From contig JAAXVE010000001.1 in assembly GCA_013335665.1 (NCBI GenBank), positions 1 to 27,948 on the forward strand: a stretch of 27,948 nt of DNA. The letters are read 5' to 3'. How positions within the stretch are numbered: the first letter of the stretch is position 1; each line of letters starts with the position of its first letter. The translations under genes and the position numbers were made by a program. Below are positions 17,356 to 26,155 of this stretch, piece by piece. This DNA comes from Candidatus Falkowbacteria bacterium. GTDB taxonomy: Bacteria; Patescibacteriota; Patescibacteriia; Patescibacteriales; GWE2-39-37. Under the pieces are notes generated by a model. That model saw only the letters and a list, made by a program, of their open reading frames with translations. It searched no databases and was not told the DNA's origin.

Positions 17356-17910
17356 TTAGATAGTCATTATTTCTTCTTCTTTTTTATCGCGAACTTGCTT
17401 GATTTCGTCGTTGAGCTTATGCACTTCCTCATCAAGCTCTTTAACAAAGCGATATTTGTCGTCTTCTGAAATTTCTTTGTCGTCTTCAGCTGTTTCAATA
17501 TCCTGCTTCACTTCTTCACGGATCTTACGAATCGCGATGCGGGCCTCTTCCATCTGCTCGTTCAATTTCTTTACCAGATGCTTGCGATTCTCCTCGGTCA
17601 TGGCCGGGATGTTCAATCTGATTTTGTCTCCGTCATTCACTACTCCCAGGCCTAGATCAGCCTCAACGATTGCTTTTTCAATATCTTTCAAAACGCTCTT
17701 ATCCCATGGAGCAACCACCATACTGCGCGCATCGCTGACGCTAACCGAGGCGACGCCATTCAATGGAGTCTTTGCGCCATAAGCTTCGACCAGTATGCCG
17801 TCCAACATGCCTGGATTGGCGCGGCCAGTGCGTAATACTGCAATCTCTTTCTTGAAAAAATCAATCGATTTTACGAATTCCTCCTGCTTTCCTTGAATGT
17901 ACTTATTCAT
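17356..17910 (-). CDS. frr: Ribosome recycling factor
   Basis: 184 aa; LRTGRANPGMLD, IEKAIVEADLGL, IPAMTEENRK, EEARIAIRKIR, KKEEEIM. Confidence 0.98.
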   Translation of the reverse strand: MNKYIQGKQEEFVKSIDFFKKEIAVLRTGRANPGMLDGILVEAYGAKTPLNGVASVSVSDARSMVVAPWDKSVLKDIEKAIVEADLGLGVVNDGDKIRLNIPAMTEENRKHLVKKLNEQMEEARIAIRKIREEVKQDIETAEDDKEISEDDKYRFVKELDEEVHKLNDEIKQVRDKKEEEIMTI

Positions 17911-17927
17911 ACGTTTTATCTAAATTA

Positions 17928-19004
17928 TTAATTCTGCTTAAGTGTTTTAACTGTTAAATACAATGTATTCGGCTGTACTGGATCGATAATAACAGATGCG
18001 CCCGCACGGCTAGACGGCAACTTTTTCGAATTCCAATTCTTGCCACCGTCCGATGAACGGTAAAAGGTCGTATTGGTCACATAGAACAACTCCAGTTCAT
18101 TCTTCGGGTTTACTGCCAAAGAGTTGATAATTATATTGCTGTCCGGAGTTAGCAAATCGAGCTTATCCCAGGTCTTGCCATAATCAGGCGACTTAAGAAT
18201 ACCATACCCTGTAGCCAGATAAACCTGGCCCGCTTTGGTGGTAGAGAAAGTAAGCTCGCGAAAATTATTAGCACCACCCAAATCTTTTAAATTCTTATCA
18301 AGAACTTCCCAGGTGGCGCCACCATCGACACTTAACTGCAATCCTCTTTTTACGTTAGCTACCATGATTATCTTGCTGTCGAAAGGGCTAATCTTCACTT
18401 CTGCAACCTTGTCCTTGAAGCGCCCGATCGCCTGCCAACTTTCACCGCGGTTGGAACTCTTTAAAACGTCGCCTCTAGTAGTGCCTATATAGATGATACT
18501 GCCGTCGCGCGGATCCATCGTCAAAGCATTGATTTTCAAAGCTGGGTCATTGTCAAAATATAACTGATTCCAAGCGCGGCCACAATCGACTGTTTTCATT
18601 ACCTTATTATCGACAGCCGCGTACACAGTACAGCGGAAGGTCGGATCGACCGCAATACCATTGACTGTAACATTGCCCAAAGCGGTCGAGCGTTCCCAGG
18701 ACTCGCCACGATCATTCGTGATATAAAGTCCGCCAGCCACTCCTCCAAAATAGATCGTCTTATTATCTGTCGGGTCAAGGGCTAAGATGCTGCCGTCGAG
18801 ACTACCAAAACTGGACGGACGCCCATTTACAATAACGACTGATTTCTGAGCCCAATTAGTTCCCTTGTTATCGGAACGCCAGACTCCACCGTCAGACCCG
18901 GAATTAGTGGCCGTACCGCCACTACCTGCAACCTGGACAGAACAGCCGGACAGAACAGTCGAGACTAGGACGAACAAGGCTAATAGTTTTAATTGATGTT
19001 TCAT
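17928..19004 (-). CDS. Lipoprotein with BNR/Asp-box beta-propeller (YCF48/Vps10-like)
   Basis: Signal peptide ending in lipobox LSGC; seven Asp-box repeats (SDNKGTNW, TNDRGESW, TVDCGRAW, SSNRGESW, SVDGGATW, SPDYGKTW, SSDGGKNW). Confidence 0.85.
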   Translation of the reverse strand: MKHQLKLLALFVLVSTVLSGCSVQVAGSGGTATNSGSDGGVWRSDNKGTNWAQKSVVIVNGRPSSFGSLDGSILALDPTDNKTIYFGGVAGGLYITNDRGESWERSTALGNVTVNGIAVDPTFRCTVYAAVDNKVMKTVDCGRAWNQLYFDNDPALKINALTMDPRDGSIIYIGTTRGDVLKSSNRGESWQAIGRFKDKVAEVKISPFDSKIIMVANVKRGLQLSVDGGATWEVLDKNLKDLGGANNFRELTFSTTKAGQVYLATGYGILKSPDYGKTWDKLDLLTPDSNIIINSLAVNPKNELELFYVTNTTFYRSSDGGKNWNSKKLPSSRAGASVIIDPVQPNTLYLTVKTLKQN

Positions 19005-19027
19005 ATGGTTATTTAGATAAAAACCGA

Positions 19028-20083
19028 TCAGACCGACATGGCCACATATTCTAAAGCTGACTTAGGATTCACGTTGGCACGGAGATAGTCCTCTGCTTGC
19101 TTGATCGAACGCAGCAATTCCATGATCAGCGGCAGCGGCAAAGACTTGCCAGCCAGCTCCAAGTCTTCGCGCACGATTTCGTGCTGTACCAGGTCGACCT
19201 GTCCGGAGTTACACAAGATTAGATCGCGTGCCAATCCCTGCCAAGTTTCCAGAATGCGACGAGCTAAACCAGCGGCCTCTTGGCCAGAGGCTTTAGGCCC
19301 GAGCATTTCATTAATTGCGGCGAAACGTCCATTCAGATCCATTCGCCAAAAATTCAAAAGTGACTCTGTGCGTTTGAAATATGACTGATAAAACTCTTGA
19401 TCTTGCAGGAACTTAACTGCTAAAGCCGGTCGGCCAAGTGACAACCTGGCAAGGTTCTTAGCCTGCACACGTCCTATACCAAACTCTTTAACCAAATATT
19501 GATAGATCACGTCGGTCGAAACTTGATGGAAGCGCAGAACTTGGCTGCGTGAAACGATGGTTTCCGGTAATTTTGCCAAATCAGTTGAAATCAATATGAC
19601 CACAACCTTATTACGCGGCTCTTCCAGCGTCTTCAACAAAGCGTTGGCCGCTTCGCTGCTCATGGTGTCGGCGTGCTTGATAATGCCTATTTTGTACGAA
19701 TTCATGAATGAGCTCATCGAAAGAGCTTTGATAAGATCGCGCGTCTGTTCAATCGAGACATTCTTTTTTTCCTTGTCTTTTTTAACCAAATGCAAGTCAG
19801 CATGCACGCTGGCTAGAGAGTCTTCTGCTTCATCCACTCTTCCGAGACGGTGTTGACGGCAAGACGGGCACTGCCCACAAGGCAGGACTGAAGACTTGCC
19901 GCGATTCTGACAAAGGAGGCTGTATGCGAAGTGACTGGCAACCGTGGTCTTGCCAAGGTCGTCAGGACCAACAAAAACATAACTTCCCGACACCTCTCCG
20001 GTAGTCAGGCTTTTCCTTAAATAATTTAAGATATGCTCATTGCCCAGAAGGGGCCAATTCAGCTGTATTGCGCTATTATTCAT
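19028..20083 (-). CDS. holB: DNA polymerase III subunit delta'
   Basis: FVGPDDLGKTTVA, C...PCGQCPSC zinc module, HADLHLV, AANALLKTLEEP, TIVSRS. Start is probably the ATG at 20083. Confidence 0.9.
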   Translation of the reverse strand: MNNSAIQLNWPLLGNEHILNYLRKSLTTGEVSGSYVFVGPDDLGKTTVASHFAYSLLCQNRGKSSVLPCGQCPSCRQHRLGRVDEAEDSLASVHADLHLVKKDKEKKNVSIEQTRDLIKALSMSSFMNSYKIGIIKHADTMSSEAANALLKTLEEPRNKVVVILISTDLAKLPETIVSRSQVLRFHQVSTDVIYQYLVKEFGIGRVQAKNLARLSLGRPALAVKFLQDQEFYQSYFKRTESLLNFWRMDLNGRFAAINEMLGPKASGQEAAGLARRILETWQGLARDLILCNSGQVDLVQHEIVREDLELAGKSLPLPLIMELLRSIKQAEDYLRANVNPKSALEYVAMSV

Positions 20084-20089
20084 AACAAT

Positions 20090-20119
20090 ACTATAACACA
20101 AAGATTGGTTGAAAAGCAA
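20090..20119 (-). promoter_or_regulatory. Putative promoter giving a leaderless holB mRNA
   Basis: TTGCTT-18-TATAGT (TGt extended), with the -10 ending 6 nt before the ATG. Confidence 0.55.
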
Positions 20120-20130
20120 CGGAAACGAAG

Positions 20131-20248
20131 CAAGGCTAAAGCCTAAAGACTAAAAAGGATGACACCAGCAGAGCCAGCAACGATTATGCGCATTAACTAC
20201 CCTTCATTTGATAGATTTCAGCCTTTACACTTTAGCCTTTAGCCTTGT
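20131..20248. repeat. Heptamer-armed imperfect inverted repeat between divergent holB and sugar transferase genes
   Basis: caag gctaaag cctaaag actaaaa ... tttcagc ctttaca ctttagc cttttagc cttg; outer 10 bp pair perfectly. Confidence 0.75.
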
Positions 20249-20273
20249 TTTTTTTGACAAAAATTAGTATAGT
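20246..20273 (+). promoter_or_regulatory. Putative promoter giving a leaderless sugar transferase mRNA
   Basis: TTGTTT-16-TATAGT, with the -10 ending 6 nt before the ATG at 20280. Confidence 0.45.
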
Positions 20274-20279
20274 TTAGTC

Positions 20280-21647
20280 ATGAAAATCGATTCTAATCTC
20301 AAAAAAATCAGCCTACTTGTCGGTGATATTTTCGTGTTTTATGCCGCACTTTGGCTAACTTTATTACTACGCTACCGAAGCACACCTGACAGCGGATTGT
20401 GGTGGCTTCATTTCTGGCCTTTCAGTTACGTTTTTGCCACTTGGATTATTATTTTTTACATCTCGAGCCTTTATGATTTAAGGATAGCTGTTAATAACGC
20501 CCGCTTCTGGCAAACCTTAAGCCGGACTCTCGGCATCTCCTTCGTTCTGGCCGTTATCTTCTTCTACCTAACTCCCCAGATTATCGCCCCGAAGACCAAC
20601 CTTTTGCTCTATGTCCTGGTTCTGGCCGTGCTTTTTCCGACTTGGCGCCAGCTCTATAACTGGGCTTTGGCCTCATACCTGCCCAAAAACACCATCGGTA
20701 TTATCGGTTGGAATGAGCAGGTCAAGGAACTGCTCGAAGAAATAAAGTCGCGCTCGCATCTGGGCTATCGCATCTCTTTTATTATTAACGATAACGAATC
20801 CAACCGACCTGACGCCGAAGGAGTTGAGATATTACCGCAGAATGTAAATCTGACAGAATTGGTGGGCCAGAGACATATCAACACCCTGGTATTCGTCAAC
20901 AACCCGCACGAGTCGCTTGAATTACGCAACACCCTCTTTGCCTGTCTGCCTTTAAAGATAAACTTCATCAACCTGCCGCTGTTTTACGAAAGCTTGGCTG
21001 GCAAGGTTCCCATAACCGCCATTTCCCAGACTTGGTTCCTGGAAAATCTGGATGAGGGTGGGAAGTTCGGATTCGACTTGTTCAAAAGGCTCTACGACTT
21101 AGTGTTGGCAGCGGTGCTCTTGGCGATAACCTCACCACTCTGGCTTTTGATTGCCATAGGCATCAAGTTGGAAAGCCGCGGACCAGTATTTTTTATCCAG
21201 AAACGACTCGGCAGGAACGGCACAGTTTTTAACATTCTTAAATTCCGCACCATGACAGTCGAAGGCAACTCCTTCGCGCCGACCGCAGCCAACGACAAGC
21301 GAGTCACCCGCTTCGGGCGCTTCTTACGCAAATCGCGCCTCGATGAACTACCTCAAGCCATCAATATAATCAAAGGTGAGATGAGCTTTGTTGGACCAAG
21401 ACCCGAACGCCCAGAGCTGGTTAAAGAACTTGAACAGCGCGTTCCCTTTTACCGCGAGCGCATGCTCGTCAACCCAGGCGTGACCGGCTGGGACCAGATT
21501 TCAGGCGAGTATCACTCACCGTCATATGAGGACACCATGAAAAAGCTCCAATACGACCTCTTCTACATCAAAAACCGATCGATCTACCTTGATCTATCTA
21601 TTATCCTCAAGACGATCTACACTATGGCCAGTCGTGCCGGGCAATAG
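20280..21647 (+). CDS. Polyprenyl-phosphate glycosylphosphotransferase (WcaJ/WbaP-type priming sugar transferase)
   Basis: 455 aa; N-terminal TMs, central Rossmann-like part, Bac_transf motifs KRLYD, ESRGPVFFIQKRLG, KFRTM, GRFLRKSRLDELPQ, GEMSFVGPRPERP, PGVTGWDQ. Confidence 0.95.
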   Translation: MKIDSNLKKISLLVGDIFVFYAALWLTLLLRYRSTPDSGLWWLHFWPFSYVFATWIIIFYISSLYDLRIAVNNARFWQTLSRTLGISFVLAVIFFYLTPQIIAPKTNLLLYVLVLAVLFPTWRQLYNWALASYLPKNTIGIIGWNEQVKELLEEIKSRSHLGYRISFIINDNESNRPDAEGVEILPQNVNLTELVGQRHINTLVFVNNPHESLELRNTLFACLPLKINFINLPLFYESLAGKVPITAISQTWFLENLDEGGKFGFDLFKRLYDLVLAAVLLAITSPLWLLIAIGIKLESRGPVFFIQKRLGRNGTVFNILKFRTMTVEGNSFAPTAANDKRVTRFGRFLRKSRLDELPQAINIIKGEMSFVGPRPERPELVKELEQRVPFYRERMLVNPGVTGWDQISGEYHSPSYEDTMKKLQYDLFYIKNRSIYLDLSIILKTIYTMASRAGQ

Positions 21648-21715
21648 GTTTTTGCCTTGAATTTTTGCCTATCTTAGATTAAAATAAAAAGGTTAACATC
21701 TAATCCAATCACTAA

Positions 21716-22528
21716 ATGTCATACGTTTCAACCATATTGACTGTCAACTTCAACTCGGCTGATTTTATAGGAATAAACCTGTACTCATTGAAAAAACTAA
21801 CCAAGAATCCTTACAAGGTCATCATACTAGACAATGGGTCGGATATAGCTGACTACGAAAAATTAAAAGCCATCTGCTCTGGTTATGATAATTGCTTTTT
21901 GGAGCGCCGCGAAACCGATCTGCGCGGCAGCATCGCTCACGGCGATGCATTGAACTACCTGGTCAAAAAAGTCGATACGCCCTACTTTTCGATACTCGAC
22001 GCCGACGCGATCTGGCTTAAAAAGGATTGGGACGAAATACTGGCCAAACAGATGGACGAGAAAGTGAAAATAATCGGCACACAAGCGCCGGCCGGTTCAC
22101 CCAAATATCAGGATTTCCCCTGGCTGTTCGCCCTTTATCTGGAGAGTGAATCTTTTTCTAAACTTGATGTCGATTGCCGCCCTGGAACAGGCATTGCCAA
22201 CGACACCTGTTATCAACTAAAGGAAAAATATCTTGCCGCAGGGTATGCAGGAAAGAACATTGAGATGCGAAGCACACGGACTTACAAGGATGGCCCCTTC
22301 AAGGACGTAATATGCGGCGAGTATTATCTTGATGGTTCGCCAGAAATTTTTGCCTCGCACTTCGGCCGCGGCTCTACCGGCGGCGCAGCCAAATACAACC
22401 AAGGATTCAAGCGCTTTTTGTATCATCTACCCGTTATTGGTCAGGCTTTTCTTAACTTCAAAGGCAGACAAGAAAAAAAGGCCTGGCTTTCTATTTGCAA
22501 ATCTATCATCGATAACCAGGCAAAATAA
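21716..22528 (+). CDS. Glycosyltransferase family 2 (GT-A fold)
   Basis: ILTVNFNS, IILDNGS, HGDALN, DxD motif ILDADA. Confidence 0.8.
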   Translation: MSYVSTILTVNFNSADFIGINLYSLKKLTKNPYKVIILDNGSDIADYEKLKAICSGYDNCFLERRETDLRGSIAHGDALNYLVKKVDTPYFSILDADAIWLKKDWDEILAKQMDEKVKIIGTQAPAGSPKYQDFPWLFALYLESESFSKLDVDCRPGTGIANDTCYQLKEKYLAAGYAGKNIEMRSTRTYKDGPFKDVICGEYYLDGSPEIFASHFGRGSTGGAAKYNQGFKRFLYHLPVIGQAFLNFKGRQEKKAWLSICKSIIDNQAK

Positions 22529-23194
22529 ATGTCCTACTTCAAATACGCCATAAGCAACACGCACCGACGCAAACTACTCGACAGAGCCATGATCAGGAAC
22601 CGCGCTGCATTCAGGCCAGGTTCTACCGTTCTGGATATCGGCGGCCGTGATCGAGGTTTCTTTAAAAAGCCGAAAAGCAAAGTGGGCAAATGGATATTTG
22701 CAGACATCCAGGCAGAAAACAAACCGGATATAGTTCTCGATGTTGCCGACATGAAAAGCATTCAGAGCGGAAGCATTGACACAGTCTTGGCCAATGAGCT
22801 CTTCGAGCATGTTGCAGAGCCGGAAAGAGGCTTGAACGAATGCTACCGCATCTTGAAAGCAGGCGGCGAGCTAATCCTGTCTGTCCCTTTTCTCTATCCA
22901 GTCCACGGCGACCCGTATGATTTTCAGCGCTGGACCGAAACCAAATGGAGTAAGGAGCTGTCAGGTTGCGGCTTCCGCGAAATCAATATAGAAATCTTGG
23001 GCAGGTTTTTTAGCGTTTTAGCAACAAGTATCAAAATATGGAATCAATCACTACCTTCTTTTTTCAGATATTTGCTCTACCCTGTCTCTTTCGCCTTTGA
23101 TCTGTTAGCCGGGGTCGACAACACTGATCTTGTCAAAAAAAACACCGCGCTGTCGCGCTTCCATGGAGGCTATTTCATCATTGCAAAAAAATGA
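22529..23194 (+). CDS. Class I SAM-dependent methyltransferase
   Basis: VLDIGG, LFEHV, ECYRILKAGGELILSVPF, HGDPYDFQRWT. Confidence 0.88.
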   Translation: MSYFKYAISNTHRRKLLDRAMIRNRAAFRPGSTVLDIGGRDRGFFKKPKSKVGKWIFADIQAENKPDIVLDVADMKSIQSGSIDTVLANELFEHVAEPERGLNECYRILKAGGELILSVPFLYPVHGDPYDFQRWTETKWSKELSGCGFREINIEILGRFFSVLATSIKIWNQSLPSFFRYLLYPVSFAFDLLAGVDNTDLVKKNTALSRFHGGYFIIAKK

Positions 23195-23838
23195 AGAACC
23201 AAGACTTTGAACAATATGCCGACGAAAGATCAATGAGCGGCGGTCTGGCTGGCTTCCATGTAGAAACATTGAGCGCATTATTTGGAAACATGGACCATGA
23301 CTCATTAATCCTAGATTTTGGTTGCGGTGATGGACGCTATTTTCCGCTCTTCTCTAAATTTTTTAAAAAAGAAAATATTTACGGTGTCGAAATCTCGCAA
23401 AAGCGCGTCGACAAAAGCCATTCTATCGGCTGGGATAACGCCCTCAAGATCGAACCTTTGGAAAAGCTGCCTTTTAGTGATGATTATTTCGACTTCATAA
23501 ACATGGATCAGGTAATCGAGCATATTTCAGCCCATGAAATAGATTTCTATCTGCAAGAATTCAGCCGCATTCTCAAAAAAGGCGGCCAAGTATTCATCAC
23601 AACGCCAAACTATCCGATAAAACGCGTCTACGACATTTTTCAAGCCCTTTTTTACGGGTACTGGTACAAAGTATTCGACGATCCGACCCACGTTACCCAT
23701 TATGACTTTAAGAAGCTAAGCTCCTTATTGACGAAACACTTCACTTTAGTCGAGCTTAAACCCACTGGCGGGTTTTTTTACAGGATCATCCGAAAGAATT
23801 TTCTTAGCAATAAGATCATAGCGATCTGCAATAAATAA
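23191..23838 (+). CDS. Class I SAM-dependent methyltransferase
   Basis: ILDFGCGDG, VIEHI, RILKKGG...ITTPN, DPTHV; ATGA overlap with the previous gene. Confidence 0.88.
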   Translation: MKNQDFEQYADERSMSGGLAGFHVETLSALFGNMDHDSLILDFGCGDGRYFPLFSKFFKKENIYGVEISQKRVDKSHSIGWDNALKIEPLEKLPFSDDYFDFINMDQVIEHISAHEIDFYLQEFSRILKKGGQVFITTPNYPIKRVYDIFQALFYGYWYKVFDDPTHVTHYDFKKLSSLLTKHFTLVELKPTGGFFYRIIRKNFLSNKIIAICNK

Positions 23839-23861
23839 AAAATAATCATTCAATACAAACT

Positions 23862-24881
23862 ATGAGCTTCCCAGGACTCGACAAAATAGAATTTGAAGAA
23901 CCTAAATGCATATTTTGCAAAGAAAAACAAAGCTTGACAAAAGTGCTTGACGCTCCTGACAGGCTGAACAAACTGCCCGGAACCTTCAGCCTAGTAAAGT
24001 GCGGAAACTGCGGCTTGGTTTTCCAATCGCCGCGACCAAAAGAAGAATTTATCGGCAACTTTTATCCAGATGAGTTACACTACTTCATCCCAAACCAAGA
24101 AACTGTTAAGCCTATTAAGGCGTGGCTGGAAACAAAAGTCCTTATAAATTTTTTCGGCTACACCAACCTTGGTAAGGGCAATTTTTTTTCCAAGGTGTTA
24201 TTTTTGCCGGCGTATTATTATTTTTTTCGCCACAAAACCATCCCACACTACGTACCGAACGGAAAAATATTGGAGATAGGCTGTTCTCACGGAGCCTTCC
24301 TGGCCCAACTTAAGAAATGGGGCTGGGACGTAGTCGGCATAGAGATGAATGCCAAGGCTGCTGATTATGCCAGAAACACTCGAGGCTTCGAGGTTCTTAC
24401 CGGATCTATTACTGACATCGACCTGCCAAGTAATTCATTTGATGCAATCATAGCCGAGATGGTCATGGAACATCTTTACGACCCGCAAGCGGTCGTGGCA
24501 AGAATGTCCAATTCACTAAAGAAAAACGGCGAACTCATATTCAGCATTCCCTTTTTTGAAGGTGCTGAATACGGTTTATTCAAGGATTTTTCATACGGCC
24601 TGCACCTGCCAAACCACATTTATTTTTTCAATAAATCAAATATCGCACAGCTGCTCAACGACAATTTTGACCGCATAAAAATCTTTTTTCATCATTTTGA
24701 CCGTGACTTCATCGCCTCGGCAAAATACAAATATGAGGATAATAAAAAATTTATCTGGAAACTAATTTCTCAAAGCAAGGCCGTAAAGCACTTCTTAATC
24801 AGGCCGCTAGTCTTCATCCTGTCTGTAATGCAGAAGACTAGCCGCGTAACCGTAAGGGCATACAAAAAAGATCAAGCGTAA
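23862..24881 (+). CDS. Class I SAM-dependent methyltransferase with N-terminal Zn ribbon
   Basis: CIFC...CGNCGL zinc ribbon, ILEIGCSHG, VMEHLYDP, LHLPNHIYFF. Confidence 0.88.
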   Translation: MSFPGLDKIEFEEPKCIFCKEKQSLTKVLDAPDRLNKLPGTFSLVKCGNCGLVFQSPRPKEEFIGNFYPDELHYFIPNQETVKPIKAWLETKVLINFFGYTNLGKGNFFSKVLFLPAYYYFFRHKTIPHYVPNGKILEIGCSHGAFLAQLKKWGWDVVGIEMNAKAADYARNTRGFEVLTGSITDIDLPSNSFDAIIAEMVMEHLYDPQAVVARMSNSLKKNGELIFSIPFFEGAEYGLFKDFSYGLHLPNHIYFFNKSNIAQLLNDNFDRIKIFFHHFDRDFIASAKYKYEDNKKFIWKLISQSKAVKHFLIRPLVFILSVMQKTSRVTVRAYKKDQA

Positions 24882-24898
24882 ATGCTGCAGTCAACTCC

Positions 24899-26125
24899 AT
24901 GAATTCTTCACTCTCCAAGCTAAAAAAAATCGACACATCCTACCTTTTAAGGGGTGGTTTTTGGATCGGCTTCGGCCAATTCTTCGCAACAGCGGCAAAT
25001 ATCTTAATTTTTCTTTTCTTAGGAAATCACCTTTCAAAAGAAACTTTCGGAGACTACCGTTTAGTCATTTCCATCTCCGGCATAATCTCCATCTTCTTTC
25101 TCAACGGCCTGAACGCCTCTGTTACTCAAGCGGTTGCGAAAAATGTCAAAGGCATCCTCCGTCGTGCCGTGTCGATGCAGCTTATCTGGTCGGCACTGCC
25201 ATTTCTTGCCGCCTTGTCAATTTCAGGCTACTACTTCTATCTTGACTCAAAACCACACTTAGCACTAGCCATCTTTCTAATAGGCATCGTTTCCCCTATC
25301 TCCAATTGTTTCAATACCTATCTTTTTTACCTTAATGGCTTGAAGGATTTTAAAAAGATAGGATTATACACCACTATCGTTGCCATAATTAATTTGGCCG
25401 CCGTCACCATAGCGATTTATTTCCACGGCGGTCTGAATGCTATAGTTTTGGCAGTTTTCGGTTCAACTTTATTGTCCAATTTTATTCTCTACCAAAAAAC
25501 AGTGGCACTTGAGCCGATATGCGATAACGAACAGGAAATAAAGCATTATCTGGATTTCGGTAAAAAGATCAGCTTTTCCAGCGCGATCATAACATTATCG
25601 CAATACTTCGACAATATTTTGGTCTACCATTTTTTCGGGCCGGCAGAGCTGGCGATCTACTCATTTGCCAAGCTGATACCTGATAGTTTGAAAAACGTCA
25701 CCAAGATAATAAACCCTTTAGCCATGCCGAGATTTTCCAAATATGATAAAAAAAACATACCGGACATAAATTTCAAGACATTCGCCCTTACCTTCAGCCT
25801 TTTTCTTGTTGCAATCGCATATATGGCACTGCCTGAAAAATTCTTCCTTTATTTTTTTCCGCTCTATGGCGACTCGATAGTCTATTCAAAAATCTACGCG
25901 CTATCGATCGTCGGATTGTCATCAATCATACCCACTACTTTTTTTACAAGCCAAGCCTCGGAAAAAATCATCTTCAACTACAACCTGACAACTTCCATTT
26001 TCAAGCTTGCCGTCCTCAGCCTGGGCATGGCTTTTTACGGCTTATGGGGGGCAATCATTTCCTTGATCGCCAGCAGCGCGTTTTCCCTTTTCTACTCTCT
26101 GATTCTCATAAAAAAAACAAAGTGA
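24899..26125 (+). CDS. wzx: Wzx-type oligosaccharide flippase
   Basis: 408 aa, polytopic hydrophobic; LSKETFGDY, FGPAELAIYSFA, YGLWGA motifs; located in a glycan locus. Confidence 0.85.
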   Translation: MNSSLSKLKKIDTSYLLRGGFWIGFGQFFATAANILIFLFLGNHLSKETFGDYRLVISISGIISIFFLNGLNASVTQAVAKNVKGILRRAVSMQLIWSALPFLAALSISGYYFYLDSKPHLALAIFLIGIVSPISNCFNTYLFYLNGLKDFKKIGLYTTIVAIINLAAVTIAIYFHGGLNAIVLAVFGSTLLSNFILYQKTVALEPICDNEQEIKHYLDFGKKISFSSAIITLSQYFDNILVYHFFGPAELAIYSFAKLIPDSLKNVTKIINPLAMPRFSKYDKKNIPDINFKTFALTFSLFLVAIAYMALPEKFFLYFFPLYGDSIVYSKIYALSIVGLSSIIPTTFFTSQASEKIIFNYNLTTSIFKLAVLSLGMAFYGLWGAIISLIASSAFSLFYSLILIKKTK

Positions 26126-26141
26126 ATCCACTTTGTTTTTT
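26112..26141. terminator. Bidirectional terminator between convergent wzx and methyltransferase genes
   Basis: Perfect 13-bp stem aaaaaacaaagtg-aatc-cactttgtttttt overlapping the wzx stop. Confidence 0.7.
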
Positions 26142-26155
26142 ATAAGTATTCGCAA

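Noticed and set aside
20254-20259. Perfect TTGACA as the -35 of the sugar transferase promoter
   Set aside because: Only 8 nt from TATAGT, an incompatible spacing
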